Notes: a model not told the origin generated them from the letters alone. A stretch of DNA of 64,000 nucleotides from Octopus vulgaris (GCA_951406725.2 OX597820.1:3596001-3660000), one strand, 5' to 3'; positions 1-55,079 are shown, counted from the first letter of the stretch. Made by a program: numbers and translations.

Positions 1-28
1 GTTTGAAGAATTCAGTATTCCTTACGTT
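1..28 (+). CDS. GTPBP8: GTP-binding protein 8 (EngB/YihA family), internal exon cut by the window edge
   Basis: Reads FEEFSIPYV then GTAAGT donor at 29, phase 0; resembles EEFALPYV of human GTPBP8 (from memory). Confidence 0.8.
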
Positions 29-299
29 GTAAGTATTCTTTTGACTATTGTTGCACGATGTATGAAGATGGCATGAGATCTTGCAAAGATTTTGGTTTTG
101 TTACTGTTGAGTTGAATAAACCGTTCTTCTGAGGACATTTGGAATTCTTTTTTCTAATGCTTTCCGATTCTGGCACAAAACCAGCAATTTTGAGGGTGGG
201 GCTGCAGGCAGTTGATAAATTACGTTAATTCCAATAGAGTGGAACTAATGAACAGAAACTGCTGATAAAAGCCCCATTTTCTGTGTGTTTGTATGTTAT

Positions 300-485
300 A
301 TATATGTGTGTGAGTGATAGATCGCTGGCCACTAAACCTTCTTTTTATTTTCTCTCTCTCTCTGTGTTCCTTTCTGTCGAAGAGCATAGGCTCGAAACGT
401 AAAAGACTTTCTCACTTCTCGAGTGCTAAACTAATACATCAGTTTGTTGTTTACACACCCGTCTTCATCTTTTGTAAATTCCCAC
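300..485 (+). mobile_element. Short repeat with a variant minimal hammerhead-like motif (370-405)
   Basis: cttt-CTGTCGA-a-gagc/gctc-GAAACGTA-aaag; a related copy lies on - at about 42630-42780. Confidence 0.5.
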
Positions 486-500
486 TATATATATATATCA

Positions 501-874
501 TCTTTATATATAAAAGTGAGGTTGTGTTCTGTCTGTTGCCTACGATTTAGATTCCTAACTACTTAACCAAAACCAGGTATCTTATAGTCGTGATTCATAT
601 CGAGCCCTTCTGGGTATTAGCGTGCGTCTACGATGAGTCTACGATTAAAAAAAAAATTTACCATTAATTTTTCCCATTTTAAATGCATTTCTGGCATATA
701 TAAGGGAAGTAACTCTCTAAAAATTTAATTTATTATTAAATCTCAGAACGTAAAAAGCTACAGTAACACTTTGTGGTTAGCCATATTGAGATGGCAATTA
801 TACTTTACATCTCTAAAAATGCTTATATAGTTATTTCCCTTACAAATCCGAGCAACGCCGGGCGATACTGCTAG
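501..874 (+). mobile_element. Non-autonomous Helitron
   Basis: Begins TC after A500; GC-rich subterminal motif CCGAGCAACGCCGGG; ends CTAG before T875; no TSD. Confidence 0.75.
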
Positions 875-1489
875 TATATATATAAGGGGAAAGAAAAGAA
901 ACTGGAGACAAGGAAGTTAATAATTGTTAATTAACAACAAATTGGTCGTCTTCGCTTCTTACAACCGTTTCAATTAATACTCAATGATTCAATTACAGTG
1001 GAGGCACAAGGTTAATGATGAATAAAGAATCCTTGGAAGATCAAGTCTTCAATTAAACATGATTTTGGGAAATGAATTTTATTAAGGAATTATCCTTGTA
1101 AGCTTACACTGGATTATAGGATCATCTCTTCCTACCATTTTTGGTTTTTGTTTTCACTTAGACTGCAGTCTAGCTGAGGTACCACCTCGAAGAATTTTTG
1201 TCAAAGGAGCCGACCCCAGAACTTAATTTTTCTTTTTTTAAGCCTGGTATTTATTCTATCAGTCTTTGCTGCTGAACTGTTAAGTCGTGGGGACCGTAAA
1301 CAAAGTAACGCCATTTGTCAAGCAGCTGAGGGAGACAAATACAAAGACACATTATACACATATTTACATACATACAAATATATCTGTGTATGACAGGCTT
1401 CTTTCAGTTTCCCCTCTACCAAATCCACTCAACAGGCTTTAGTTTGCCCAAGACTTATAATAGAAGACACTTGCCCCAGGTGCCATATA

Positions 1490-1882
1490 TTGAGGAGACC
1501 TATTGAGTCAAGTACATCAACATCAAAATAAAAATTCAAATGGAAATTGTAGTTAAGACACGTCTGTGCCGGTGACACGTAAAAAGCACCGTCCGAACGT
1601 GGCAGATGCCAGCGCCGCCTGACTGGCGTCTGTGTCGGTGGCATGTAAAAAGCACCAACCGATCATGGCCGTTTGCCAGCCTGCTCTGGCCCCTGTGCCG
1701 GTGGCACGTAAAAAACAGCCACTACACTCGCAGAGTGGTTGGCGTTAGGAAGGGCATCCAGCCGTAGAAACACTGCCAAATCAGACTGGGCCTGGTGCAG
1801 CCTCCTGGCTTCCCAGATCCAGGTCGAACCGTCCAACCCATGCCAGCATGGAAAGCGGACGTTAAATGATGATGATGATGAG
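1490..1882 (+). mobile_element. Family A retroelement 3' end with internal subrepeats
   Basis: Repeated GTGCCGGTGGCACGTAAAAAGCACC units, conserved core, (GAT)n tail; more than 20 copies in the window. Confidence 0.8.
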
Positions 1883-2077
1883 ATATATATATATATATTA
1901 CATGGCTTCACTTAGGCATAGTAATACTTATAACTAGTTCTTAGAACTTATACTTTAGAATAAAGCAACAAGAGAGTACGGAATATGCTATCAATTAATG
2001 AATGACAGAAGTACAGCAGTTAGATAATCGTTAGTGTAGACAACTGTTTGTGTTATGATGTATTTGTTTACTTTCAG

Positions 2078-2190
2078 ATAATTTTAACGAAAATAGATAA
2101 ATGCAGACATCATTTACTCCTAAAGAATTTGTTCTCCATCCTTAAGACTCAAAACCAAATTATTTGCTTTCCTCAACCATTTTTGATCAG
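2078..2190 (+). CDS. GTPBP8: GTPBP8 penultimate coding exon (G4 motif)
   Basis: ctttcag acceptor, GTAAGT donor; IILTKIDKCRHHLLLKNLFSILKTQNQIICFPQPFLIS contains the TKxD G4 motif and CFPQ; phase 0->2. Confidence 0.9.
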
Positions 2191-3718
2191 GTAAGTGAAA
2201 AATTCAAAATTTAATCAATCCCATTCCTTTTCATCAATAAACTTTTATGAGTTTTGTTAGACTGAGTTATTTCATTTTCACCTAAAGTCAATCCAGTCAA
2301 GACCATTCGTGATTCCTGTTTTTAAAAGTGATCTAAATTAATCCATCAATCAAAATTTCATGTTAATTCTTATTCAAAACACCAGCTTAAATAATAATAA
2401 TAATAATAATAATAATCCTTTCTACTAAAGGCACAAGGCTTGAAACTTTATGGGGTGGGGACTAGTCGACCTCATCAACCCCAGTGTTCTGCTGGTACTT
2501 AATTTATCAACCCCGTAAGAATGAAAAGCAAAGTCTACCTCGGCAGAATTTGAACTCAGAATGCAGTGACAGGGAAAATACTGCTAAGCATTTAATAATA
2601 AGAATAATAATGATAATTGTTTTTAAAAATATTAAATACGTCAATTCAACTTCTTCCTCAATTTCAATTTTTTAACCCTTGTTATCTCCCTTGCATTAAC
2701 CAGTGGCCGTCGCCATTTGTATTATTCTTATTAAAGTTTTCGTTATTTTCAAAATAAAATCGAATCAAAGGCAGAGTATTTTAACAGAAATTAGGTTGTG
2801 AAAAGAGTAACTTCTCCTGTCACAAAAGCTACACAAATTTTAAAAATCTTACTACACTTAAAATCTGTTACACTATTGAAGTAAGACAGTTGAAAACAAA
2901 GGATTAGCAAAGATAATCTGAGAAAGATTTATTTCACCTGATAAGTCTTCTAAGATTTATAGATATGTATTATAAAACAGAACTGTACTTTTCAAATACT
3001 CTGTGTGCGTGTGTATAAGGATTGGTAGGTTCAAAGATAATCCTAGTTGATTTCTGCTATTCTCATCTGTGATTATAATCAAACTTAATCATCGTCATTT
3101 AACATCCTGTTTCCATGCAGGCTTGGGTTGAACTGCCTAACAGGAGCTGGCCAGGCCAGGAGCTACACCAGGCTCCACATCTGTTTTGGTACGGTTTTCT
3201 ACAGCTGGATGTCCTTCCTAACGCCCACCACTCTACAGAGTGTACTGGGGGCTTTTTGCATGGCACCAGTGTGTTTTATGAGGCACCTTCACCTACGGGG
3301 TCATCAAGTGCCCTACATGGCAAAAACCCTTGACATTAGGTGGGAGTGTGTGGCTTTGTACCACTTGAGAGATTCAAGGTATAGAAGGGACAGATATAGG
3401 TGTCTTGATGTAGAGTAGATACATGGATACTCCATTTGGGAAAGGAAGGTGAGTGAATTGGAGAGTAAGATAAAGAAAGTGACAGTAAGAGAGAGAGATG
3501 ATGGTGGAGATGTGTCTGGACTTGCCCTCAGGGGACATTGGGGCTGGTGAGAATACATGAGGTGATATAGAAGCTTTGGTTAGGTTTGAAATCCCTTCTA
3601 ATTTTCCATTATGAATATTCTATATTTATACACCATGGATTTATATTTAAAAAAAATTGACATTTTTCTAATGGTAGCTGCTTTCTATTTTGCTTCTTTT
3701 TTTTTTCTTTCTTTTCAG

Positions 3719-3806
3719 CTCTTTGACAGGTGAAGGGATTCCTTTTTTACAGACTTTTATAGCTTATATAACTGGGAACATTGCAGTGAACAGCTTGCAA
3801 AGATAA
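3719..3806 (+). CDS. GTPBP8: GTPBP8 terminal coding exon
   Basis: Long polypyrimidine tract + CAG; phase 2 gives (S)SLTGEGIPFLQTFIAYITGNIAVNSLQR*; AATAAA at 3809-3814. Confidence 0.88.
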
Positions 3807-4454
3807 ATAATAAAAATATAAACATATCAATAACAAAAAAATAAACTATAATTTTGTAAGAAACGACATTTGCGACTTGAAATGATTCTGTGAGTTTGTA
3901 ACAATTTATAGTTTATGGTTCAATTCCTGTTTAAGTCAAAGGATGAAAATGTGCTTTGAAGTGCTTTCCCAAACTCTGCAAAAGAACTAAAATATTATGA
4001 GACAGGGCTGTGTGGTTAAGAAGCTTGCTTCCTAAACATGTGGTCTTGGGTTCAGTTGCAATGTGCAGCCCCTTGGGAAAATGCCTTCCACTATGACCCT
4101 AGGTTGACCAAAGCCTCGTGAGTGAATTTGGTCGATGGAAACTGAAAGAAGCCCATTGCATGGTGTGTGTGTGTGTAGCCTTGTTCCTCATGCGATAGTT
4201 GTAAATGAGCATTACCAAAAGATGTTATTTCCAATCATCATCATCATCGTTTAACGTCCATTTTCCATGCTGGCATGGGTTAGACTGTTTGACTGAGGAC
4301 TGGCAAGCCAGGAGGCTGCACTAGGCTCCAATCTCATTTGGTATGTTTTTCTACGGCTGGATGCCCTTCCTAACGACAACCACTCCAAGAGTGTAGTGGG
4401 TGCTTTTACGTGCCACTGGCACAGGGGTCAGTCACGTGGGTTCTCATTCCACAA

Positions 4455-4688
4455 GCATATGGCATAATGGTTAAGAGTGCAGGCTACTTACTAACCACAA
4501 GATTCCGAGTTTGATTCCAGGCAGTGACCTGAATAATAACAACAACAACATCAAAAAATACCTTAGGAATGAGAACCTAGGTTCAAAATTTCCCCAAAAT
4601 ACCAGATGAAGGCTGGAGGGTATATCAACCGAAACGTTGTGTAAACAACAAACAAGATAAGGACAAATATCCGTCAAATGTAAATAAA
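4455..4688 (+). mobile_element. tRNA-headed SINE with hammerhead-like motif, copy A
   Basis: A/B-box-like head, (AAC/AAT)n spacer, hammerhead-like segment 4598-4643; inverted fragment at about 4438-4450. Confidence 0.75.
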
Positions 4689-5199
4689 TTCCATCCAAGT
4701 GTTTCATCATTAGACATCCATTTGCCCCATGATCCATCCTGGATTGGTCATGCCTGGGTTGCCCCATGATCCACCCTGGGTTCCAATTTAAAGTCATCTG
4801 GTAGCTTTCTCATCAGATTCAGTTGCCAATTGAATGGCTGTTTTTTTTCTTCCCTGTTTTTACTTAAATTGAGAATTTTACAGAAGTGTCTGCAAAGCCG
4901 CTACAGCTCAACTCTCTAGAAGCGCAGTGTGTCTCTTCCAGCTTCTCGTGTGGCACACCTCCACCGATTCTTGCCTCTTTGCACATTTCCTTTCTTTAAG
5001 CTCTACCCAACATACTCTCAGTTCCAGCTTGATTAGTTGTTTTGAACACAAATGGCACAAGTGGGTCATGGAGGGGGTCAGCTGGTAGAATCTTTAGCCT
5101 GTTGGACAAATAGGGTTAGCAGCATTTCTTGCAGCTCTTTACATTCTGAGTTCAAATTCCACTGAGACCTCTCATCCCTTCCTGGGTCAATAAAATACA

Positions 5200-5420
5200 C
5201 GGTGGCAAGCTGGCAGAATTGTTAGGATGCCAGGCGAAATGCTTAGCAGTATTTCGCCTGTCTTTACGTTCTGAGTTCAAATTCCGGCAAGGTTAACTTT
5301 GCTTTTCATCCTTTCAGGGTCAATAAATTAAGTGCCAGTTGCGTACTGGGGGTTGGTCTAATCGACTGGCCCCCTCCCCAAAAATTTCGGACCTTGTGCC
5401 CAGAGTAGAAAAGAATAAAA
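5200..5420 (+). mobile_element. tRNA-derived SINE family C (Nin/Deu-domain-like core)
   Basis: GAGTTCAAATTCC B box, core TTTCATCCTTTC..GGTC.ATAAATTAAGT.CCAG; other copies at about 2416-2592(-), 16155-16345(+), 23215-23375(-), 43555-43740(-), 50390-50615(-). Confidence 0.7.
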
Positions 5421-5969
5421 TACACGTGCAGGACCAGTCAATGTAATTTACTTGCCCCTCCCCTCAAAGTTGCTGGCCTTCCATTCAAGGAGAATATGTT
5501 GATCCCAGTCACTTATATAACATGGAAACTGGACTTATGAATCCGAGGGCTGAAGAAAAAAATGTGTGCATACCATTATGGTGGTGCTCCAGCATGGCTG
5601 TAGTAAAATGACTGAAACCAGTAAAAGAATATATGTGTGTGTGTGTGTGTAAACACTTGTTTATATGTTGAAATGCAAGTAAAATTGAGAAGAAAAAGAA
5701 ACAAATATCTTGTCTTATCTTTACTCCAAATTCTTCTGTAGGTATTATGTGTAACCGTATGGTGCCATGTTCCTGGTTTAGAGGAAATAGCATAAACGAA
5801 ATCTCTACCAGAGATCCAGTAAAATGGTAATGAACAACATATGCAGGAAAAACAGATCAAATATTAAAAATGCACAACTGGTCCAGCTGCAGCTTTGTAG
5901 TTAAGGGTGTCGATGACTGGTTAACGATGTACCCCAGTGTTGTTCTTGTTTACTTTTGTTTTCAATCGT

Positions 5970-6305
5970 TCATCATCATCATCGTTTAGCGTCTGTTTTT
6001 CAGGCTGGCATTGGTTGGACTGTTTGACTGTGGTCTGGAGAGCCAGTGGCTGCACCAGGCTCCAATCTGGTCTGGCAGAGTTTCTACAGCTAGATGCCCT
6101 TCCTAATGCCAACCACTTTGAGAATGTAGTGGGCGCTTTTTACACGCCACTGGCACAGGAGCCAGTTAGGCGGGCCTGGCTTCGATCATGTTCGGATGAT
6201 GCTTTTTACCTGCCACAAGCACGGGGGCCACTCAGGGGGTACTGGCATCAGCCACATTCGGTTGGTGATTTTTTATGTGCGACCACCATGAAAGCCAGTC
6301 AGGGG
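5970..6305 (-). mobile_element. Family A retroelement 3' end
   Basis: (ATC)n tail then family core on the + reading. Confidence 0.78.
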
Positions 6306-6667
6306 TAAAAAAAACAAAATGATTTTGCTACAAGATGAACGTGTGATGAACCTAGCACTTTTGTCTTGCAAAAGAGCAAAGCCCCTAGACTCTTTGCAGT
6401 TGAAGAAATTATTATTGATGTTCTTCAGACAAGGAGTTTACACTGAGAGGGATTCAGGTGAACAAATACAAAGGTGGAGAGAAAAGGTCAAGGATTGTCG
6501 TTCTCCTGATTTATTTATTATTATTTGTTTTTTTGTGATTCAGTTCATTAGTTTTCCTGTCATTGTTATTTCAGCTATTTATGACTTAATTGTATTTGAG
6601 TTCATAGGTTGAAAATAATTAACTTTACATTTCTCAAAGTTTCTAAATTTACAAGCAAACATATCGG

Positions 6668-7215
6668 GAGTGGCTGTGTGGTAAGTAGCTTGCTTCCCAA
6701 ACACATGGTTCTGGACTCAGTCCCACTGCATGGCACCTTGGACAAGTGCCTTCTACCATAGCCTTGGGCCAACCAAAGCCTTGTGAGTGGATTTGGTAGA
6801 CGGAAACTGAAAGAAGCCCGTCGTATGTATATATATATATATATCATCATCATCGTTTAATGTCCGATTTCCATGCTGGCATGGGTTGGACGGTTCAACT
6901 GGGGTCTGGGAAGCCAGAAGGCTGCACCAGGCTCCAGTCTGATCTGGCAGTGTTTCTACAGCTGGATGCCCTTCCTAACGCCAACCACTCCGTGATGGTA
7001 GTGGGTGCTTTTTACGTGCCATATATATATATGTGTGTGTGTGTGTGTGTTCGTGTGTCTGTCCCCCCACCATCACTTGACAACCGATGTTGATGTCTTT
7101 ATGTCACCGTAATTTAAAGTACGAGGCTTACAAAGAATAATTCGCGAGGTCAATTTGTTTGACTAAAGGTAGTGCTCCAGCATGGCCCAGTCGAATGACT
7201 AAAACAAATGAAAAA
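6668..7215 (+). mobile_element. tRNA-derived SINE family B, with a family A copy nested in its (TA)n
   Basis: GGCTGTGTGGTAAGTAGCTTGC head; insert 6845-7020 between TA runs; 3' part resumes afterwards. Confidence 0.75.
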
Positions 7216-9063
7216 AAAAAAAAAAAAGAATACATCCATTTTGAGCTGCACATGCAACTTCATATTTTTTTGTTTTGTTTAGGAACTCAGTTGGAGAATA
7301 AAGTTAGACGCAGGGACCCAGACCTAAAACGGTTAAAACAGTAAATTCGTATACGGTTACCCTGATTCTCATTGGAAAACCACTGAGCACAAACTTTGGG
7401 ATATATTTACTGGACATCAGAGAATATCTTAGATTTTAGTCCCATATATTTCTGTTATGTAACAAAGGAAACAAAAAGACATGTCTGGTTATGTTTCAAC
7501 TGGGGAAATTCATTTATTTATTCTAAAAGAAAATATGAGGAGATTTGGAGACAAGGAATCTTACAGTTGATGTGGCTCTGCTTCCTATAGAAACAGAAGA
7601 AATATCTGCCCTGAGATTAAACCAAAATGTAAACAAAATGAAAGCAAAGAAAAGTTTGTACATACGTTTGTAGAGACAATCATGGTTGTGTGGATATGAT
7701 GCTTGCTTCTCAACCATGTGGTTCCAGGTTCAGTCCCACTGTGTGGCATCTTGGCAAGTGTCTCCTAAAGACTTAGAGCTGACCAAAGCCTTGTGGGAGG
7801 ATTTGGTAGACAGAAACTGAAAGAAACTCATTGCATAGATATCTGTTTGTGTGTCTCCTTCTTTTGGCATCCTGTATTAGTTGTAAATGAGTGTCACTGT
7901 TATACAAGCGACGTCATTCATTTCCAGTCTTTTGTGGGAAACCTGTCTGGCCATGAAGAAATATTACCTTGCTTGGAAACAGGAAGGGCATCCAGCCATA
8001 GAAAATTTGCAACAAGTAATTCCAGTTGCCCCAAAGAAATACGGATGATGGCCATTATTTTAATGCATTTACAATATTGTAACCTTCAATACCTGAAAGA
8101 AACCGTTTCTCTATAAAATGGTTGCAATAAATATTTTCACTTTTGTGTAACTGAATTCAGTTTTCATACAACTCCCAACTTTCTTAATTACATAAAACAT
8201 TTGAATAGAGTTGGGGCCACATTCTTAACAACCAGCCGTGGACAAATGAATCCCTCAAATTCGGCAAAATCCAAAGAGTGGAACAATGGTATATTTTAGT
8301 GGTTGGTTATGTTGGATGGTCAATTAAATGATGGTGGTGCCGAAAACGGTTTTAAACTAAAGAAACAAAGAAGCTGATTTACAGACAATAGAATAGCATG
8401 GAGAGAGTGGTTGTTAGGGTATTGCACTCACAATAGCTAGATCACGAGTTCAATTCCTGGACCCAGCAGTGGGATGTGTTCTTGAGCAAAACACTTCATT
8501 TCATGTTGCTCCAGTCTGCTCAGCTGTAAACAGGTCACCCTACAGTGGAATAGTCTTCTGATCAGGGAGGAATGTTGGCCTTATTTGCCAAGCCAGTGAG
8601 GTGGCAGCATTCAAAAGTTGAAACAATGCAAAGCGCACTGTGACCAGCGATGCATAACATCTAATAGTCTGGTTAATACTGTGGTACACTCTTACTTTAG
8701 ATGTGATTGGTTGCCAAGATTTCATTCACTAAGCTAGATACAATTAAAGTCAAGAAACTTTTTTAAACTTTAAATCTCACAGAAAATCACCATCATCATC
8801 ATCATCATCATCATTTAACGTCCGTTGTCCATGCTGGCATGGGTTGGACAGTTTGACCAGGACTGGTAAGCTGGACGGCTGCACCAGACTCCAGTATTTT
8901 GGCACGGTTTCAACAGCTGGATGCCCCTCCTAATGCCAACCACTCTGAGAACATAATGGGTGTCTTTTACATGCCACCAGCACAGGTGCCGTTTGCGTGA
9001 CAACTATTTTCTCATTCCAAATTCCTTTGGAATTTCCAGAATATTTCTCCTGTGAATTTTTTC

Positions 9064-9107
<44 letters not shown>

Positions 9108-10183
9108 ATCTCATTCCGAATTAAATTAAACAAATTACCATCAATTTAATTACAAAACTGAATAAAATAAAACATTTGAAATTTGTCATAAATCAAAGCC
9201 TTTCGCTTAACCCTTTTGTTACCATATTTCTGTTGAAACTTGTCTGTTTTGTTTCCCTTACTTTTGGAAATAACGAGGAATTCAGAGAAATAACTTTTGC
9301 CATTCTTAAGTTGGTGTTTGGAACAAATTAGAATGAAATCTTGAGGAGAGATTTTGAGATCATTTTAAGATGTGGTTTGTATCAAAGAACCCAAAGACAG
9401 TTTCTGGTGGATTGGTACCAAAAGGGTCAACGAATATCAAGAACAGAAAATCATTTTCTTATTTCTCAACAAAAGGACAGAGAGAGAAGCAAAAGGAACA
9501 AATACAAATGTAAAGAGAGATAAATAACAGTTTATCGTGCTGAATGCTACTTATGTACAAAGCTGTTTCTGTTTAATGAAATTGTTTTGAAATTATAATA
9601 TTGGACTGAAATACAATATGAAGGAATGAAAGGAAAATGGTAAAAGTTTCCCAATTAACTGAGTGCAATAATGAAGTAAGGTGGCATGGAGATTTGGCCA
9701 GTCAAACCAGTTTCAAAATTGTATAAGATCTTTCTATGATATCAGACATCAAACCAGTTCACAAAGAATTGCCGCCTTGTAGAAATGTAATGTGACTAAG
9801 TTTGGGTTTATTTTCAAAACAGTACAGCAAAAAATAGAGACGGAAAAGCAATGATAGGTAAATGTATTAATTAGGGAAAAACTACTGTAAAATAGAGTTG
9901 AGAAGAAAAGATAACGAGAGTAATTAGAGTAATTAAGTGTCTGTTTGAGGTAATAATAGTGAATGTGGAAAAATGAACAGTTTTTAATAAAGGAAAAAAA
10001 ACCCACAAAATTTGGCAGTAAATGATATGGTAATTGAAAGGAAGTTCTTTGGAGTTGAGTGAGTTGCAAGAAGACATGTAAATGTAACATCAAGTTCTGC
10101 TCAAATGTTGTGAACGATGGCTGTGTTCAGAAGAGAGAAAGGAGGAGGAAGAGAAAGAGGAGGAGGAGGAGTTGTGGTGGTGG

Positions 10184-10292
10184 TTTCAGTTGGAAAATCA
10201 TTTCATGAACCTTGTTATTGGAAGATCCGAATTTCATTCTAGTTGTGTTAACAATTTAATCTTGGGTTGAGCTCATAAAACTTCTTTCTCCA

Positions 10293-10300
<8 letters not shown>
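10184..10300 (-). pseudogene. Degenerate C-terminal half of a Polycomb-type SAM domain, out of frame in the terminal exon
   Basis: Phase-0 translation GIDGERSFMSSTQD*IVNTTRMKFGSSNNKVHEMIFQLK fits the SAM pattern IDG...T..D....MKxGP..K....I..LK. Confidence 0.65.
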
Positions 10301-51951
<41,651 letters not shown>

Positions 51952-52734
51952 AGTCTGGAAATTACAGTACACAGGTGTATGTCATTTTTTCCATGTTAAT
52001 TATCCTGCATTTTATAGGGGGCCATGAATCATCAAAAAAAGTACAAGGGGACTGGCACGTAAAGTTTTCTGAAAAGTCTGAGAACCACAGTTTTAGAGTT
52101 TGGTAAATGGAAACTGAAAGAAGCCCATCATATGTATATATATATATCTGTATGCGTCTTTGCATCTGTCCCTGCTCCCCACCCCTTCACAACTGATGTT
52201 GGTGTGGTTATGTCCCCATAACCTAGCAGTTTGGCAAAAGAAAGAAACCAAGAGAATAAGAACCCGGCTTTAAAAAACAATGAGAATTAGGGTCGATTTG
52301 TTTGACTAAAATCTTCAAAAGTGGTGCCCCAACATGGCCACAGTTTGATGACTGAAACAAGTGAAAGAATAGGCATTCAATCGTTTTGAGTCTCAGACTT
52401 GTCAAGAGTCGTGACAGCACGTGTCGACGACTGTAAACACATGAAATATTATTATTAATACAGCTTTTTCAACGTCGATCTCGGTTTTTTCTTGGACATT
52501 AAAAAAAAATTTTTTATCTAGTTTCAGCTCACAAGCTGTGGCCATGCTGGGGCACCGCCATTTACAGATTTTACATCCACAAATGAAGCAGACAACGCCG
52601 AAAATGGGTGGTGTGTGTGTGTATTCTTTACCTTCACCACTATTTTTATGACTGATACAAAAGCAAACGCATGTGTGTGTGTGTGTGCTCAACCCCACTG
52701 CTCGACAACTGGTGCAGGTTTACATACGTACACG

Positions 52735-53170
52735 TAAAAAGCACCCGAGCCAGTGCCGCGTTTAAGGCACCCAGTGCCACTCTGTAAAGTGGTTGGCGTT
52801 AGGAAGGGCACTCAGCTGTAGAAACCAGGCCAAAACAGACAATTGGAGCCTGGTGCATCTCTCCAGCCATGCCAGCTCCTATGAAACCAGCAAACCCATG
52901 CCAGCATGGAAAACAGATTTTGTCGGTGGCATGTAAAAACCACCAACCGATCGTGGCTGCTGCCAGCCTCCCCTGGCACCTGTGTCAGTGGCACGTAAAA
53001 AGCACCCACTACACTCACGGAGTGGTTGGCGTTAGGAAGGGCATCCAGCTGTAGAAACACTGCCAGATCAGACAATTGGAGCCTGGTGCAGCTCTCCAGC
53101 CATGCCAGTTCCTGTCAAACCACCTAACCCATGCCAGCATGGAAAATGGACGTTAAATGACGATGATGAG
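52735..53170 (+). mobile_element. Two tandem family A 3' ends
   Basis: Core repeated at about 52790 and 53025. Confidence 0.72.
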
Positions 53171-53487
53171 GTTGTAACTAAGCGGTTTGGCATAAGTGAC
53201 CCCGTAGAGAAAGTACTGAGGTTGATTCGTTTGACTAAAACCCTTAGAGTCAGTACCCCAGCATGGCCTCAATCAAATGACTGATACAGTATATGTATAC
53301 ATATGTGTGTGTGTGTGTCTGTCTGTCCCCACCCTCACCGCTTGACAACCGGTGTTGCTGTTTACGCCTCCATAACTTGGCGGTTCAGCAAACAGGTCGA
53401 CAGAAATGGTACCCGTCCAGTTAATGTTTACTCTAACACTCAGCCACCAAAACAAATAAAGCAAGTGAATTCAACGAAGATGAGAAG

Positions 53488-54241
53488 AAAAATTTGTGCC
53501 AACGAACCGATTTTTCAAGAAATTTGTGGGGGAAAAAATTTTCCAAGGTGGGTGGGGAGAGGACTTTCAAAGAGAAAGAAAACCATAATTTTTTTTTTGT
53601 TTGTTTGAATATAAGGGAAAAAAGTCTGAAAAAAAATTTGGGGGATTCATTTATTTTTCGTTTGAGTAATAGAAAAAGGTATTTAAAAAAATCCCATTTA
53701 TCATAATGAGAGAAACAAATTCATAAATACGGTGGGAAAAAAATTAAGGGCGATTTAGCTGTTGTTTTTAGCACATCTCACGACCATTTGATACCTTCCT
53801 TGTTTGGTTAATATTTTCTCCCCATAAACACATTTGAGTAATGAAAACAATTTAAGAAAAAAATGTGGCATATGTACCCCCACCCCACACCGACTTTGTT
53901 GCCTCATAACTTCCAACAAAAACTAAAAGAAATTTGCGCACATGTCTAACAGCCCTTAACTTTTTCCCCAAACTGAAATCCTATTCAACACCCGTATTTA
54001 TGAATTTGTTTCTCTCGCCATGACAAATGGGATCTTTTTTTAAAACCCTTTTCTATTACTCAAGCGGAAAAATAAATGATTCTAAAGATTTTTCTTAAAA
54101 ATTTTTTCTATTACACTCAAACACACAAAAAAAATTATGAATTTCTTTCTCTTCGAAAGTCCTCTCTCTATCCCCCCTCGCAAAAAAAACAACAACTTTC
54201 CCCACAAATTTCTTTACAATCGGTTCGTTGGCGCAAATTTT
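53488..54241. repeat. Long imperfect inverted repeat (arms about 270-295 bp, spacer about 185 bp)
   Basis: 53488-53760 is the diverged reverse complement of 53945-54241; both translate KICANEPI on opposite strands. Confidence 0.85.
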
Positions 54242-54602
54242 GGTAAATCCTACTTTCTTTCTTTCTCTCTCTCCCCACCATCTATCAAGTTTTTCGCGAA
54301 GTAATTGATACTTCTTCACGAAACGCCTCTCTCCTCACACTCGCCACATCTCACTGTGTGAACGGCATCTCTCTGCTGCAAGACAAATGGTAACTAAGAC
54401 ACACAGAAGGAGGGGAGGGGGGATGAATTCTTGGCGGCCCAGCAACAAATATCATTTTGCGCTGCTTGTTTTGTATCGCTGTCTCACAATATTTTCACCC
54501 ATTTAAGGAAGTTGACAAGTAAGTTCGGAGGTATGGTGTCTCGCTGATAACAACGATGCCTTGTATAGTGTTTGCTCGACAAGCTAGACATAGAAACCAA
54601 AT

Positions 54603-54822
54603 GGGTACTACTTGAGAACAGTGGTCCCCGTTCACGTAGTCGCGCAAGCTAGTCGTGACTAGTCGATCCTACAACAACTACCTAGCAAAGTAAATAAAAC
54701 ACAAAATAAATAATTTTTTTTACACAAACTAAATAAAACACAAAGTAAGGATCGACTAGTCATGACTAGCTGGCGCGGATGCGCGAGTGCGCGCACCGGG
54801 ACCACTGTTCTCAATTAATACC
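54603..54822. mobile_element. CpG-rich palindromic MITE, copy 1
   Basis: About 70-bp inverted arms GGTACTA.TTGAGAACAGTGGTCCC...CTAGTCGATCCT. Confidence 0.75.
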
Positions 54823-55079
54823 ACCAAATGTTCTTCCTGCCAAAGCCCGTCTACCGTTTTGAAGCAAATATAAGTCAATGTAGTTCTTGGGCAACCAATT
54901 AACAGGATAGTCACCACTGATATATTGGTAACTTCCTGTTATCGGCGACCAATTTTTAGTTAGTATTAGTAAATAAATTATTAAACAATCCCCACCTGAC
55001 CAATCCTTTGCTAGTTTCGTCCCCACGAAGCAGCGATAACTATTCTAAAAGTCCGTCGATCTACTATTACAACCATTTC

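Noticed and set aside
900-1110. Possible third hammerhead-bearing repeat on -
   Set aside because: GAAAC is present but no convincing CUGANGA box or stems.
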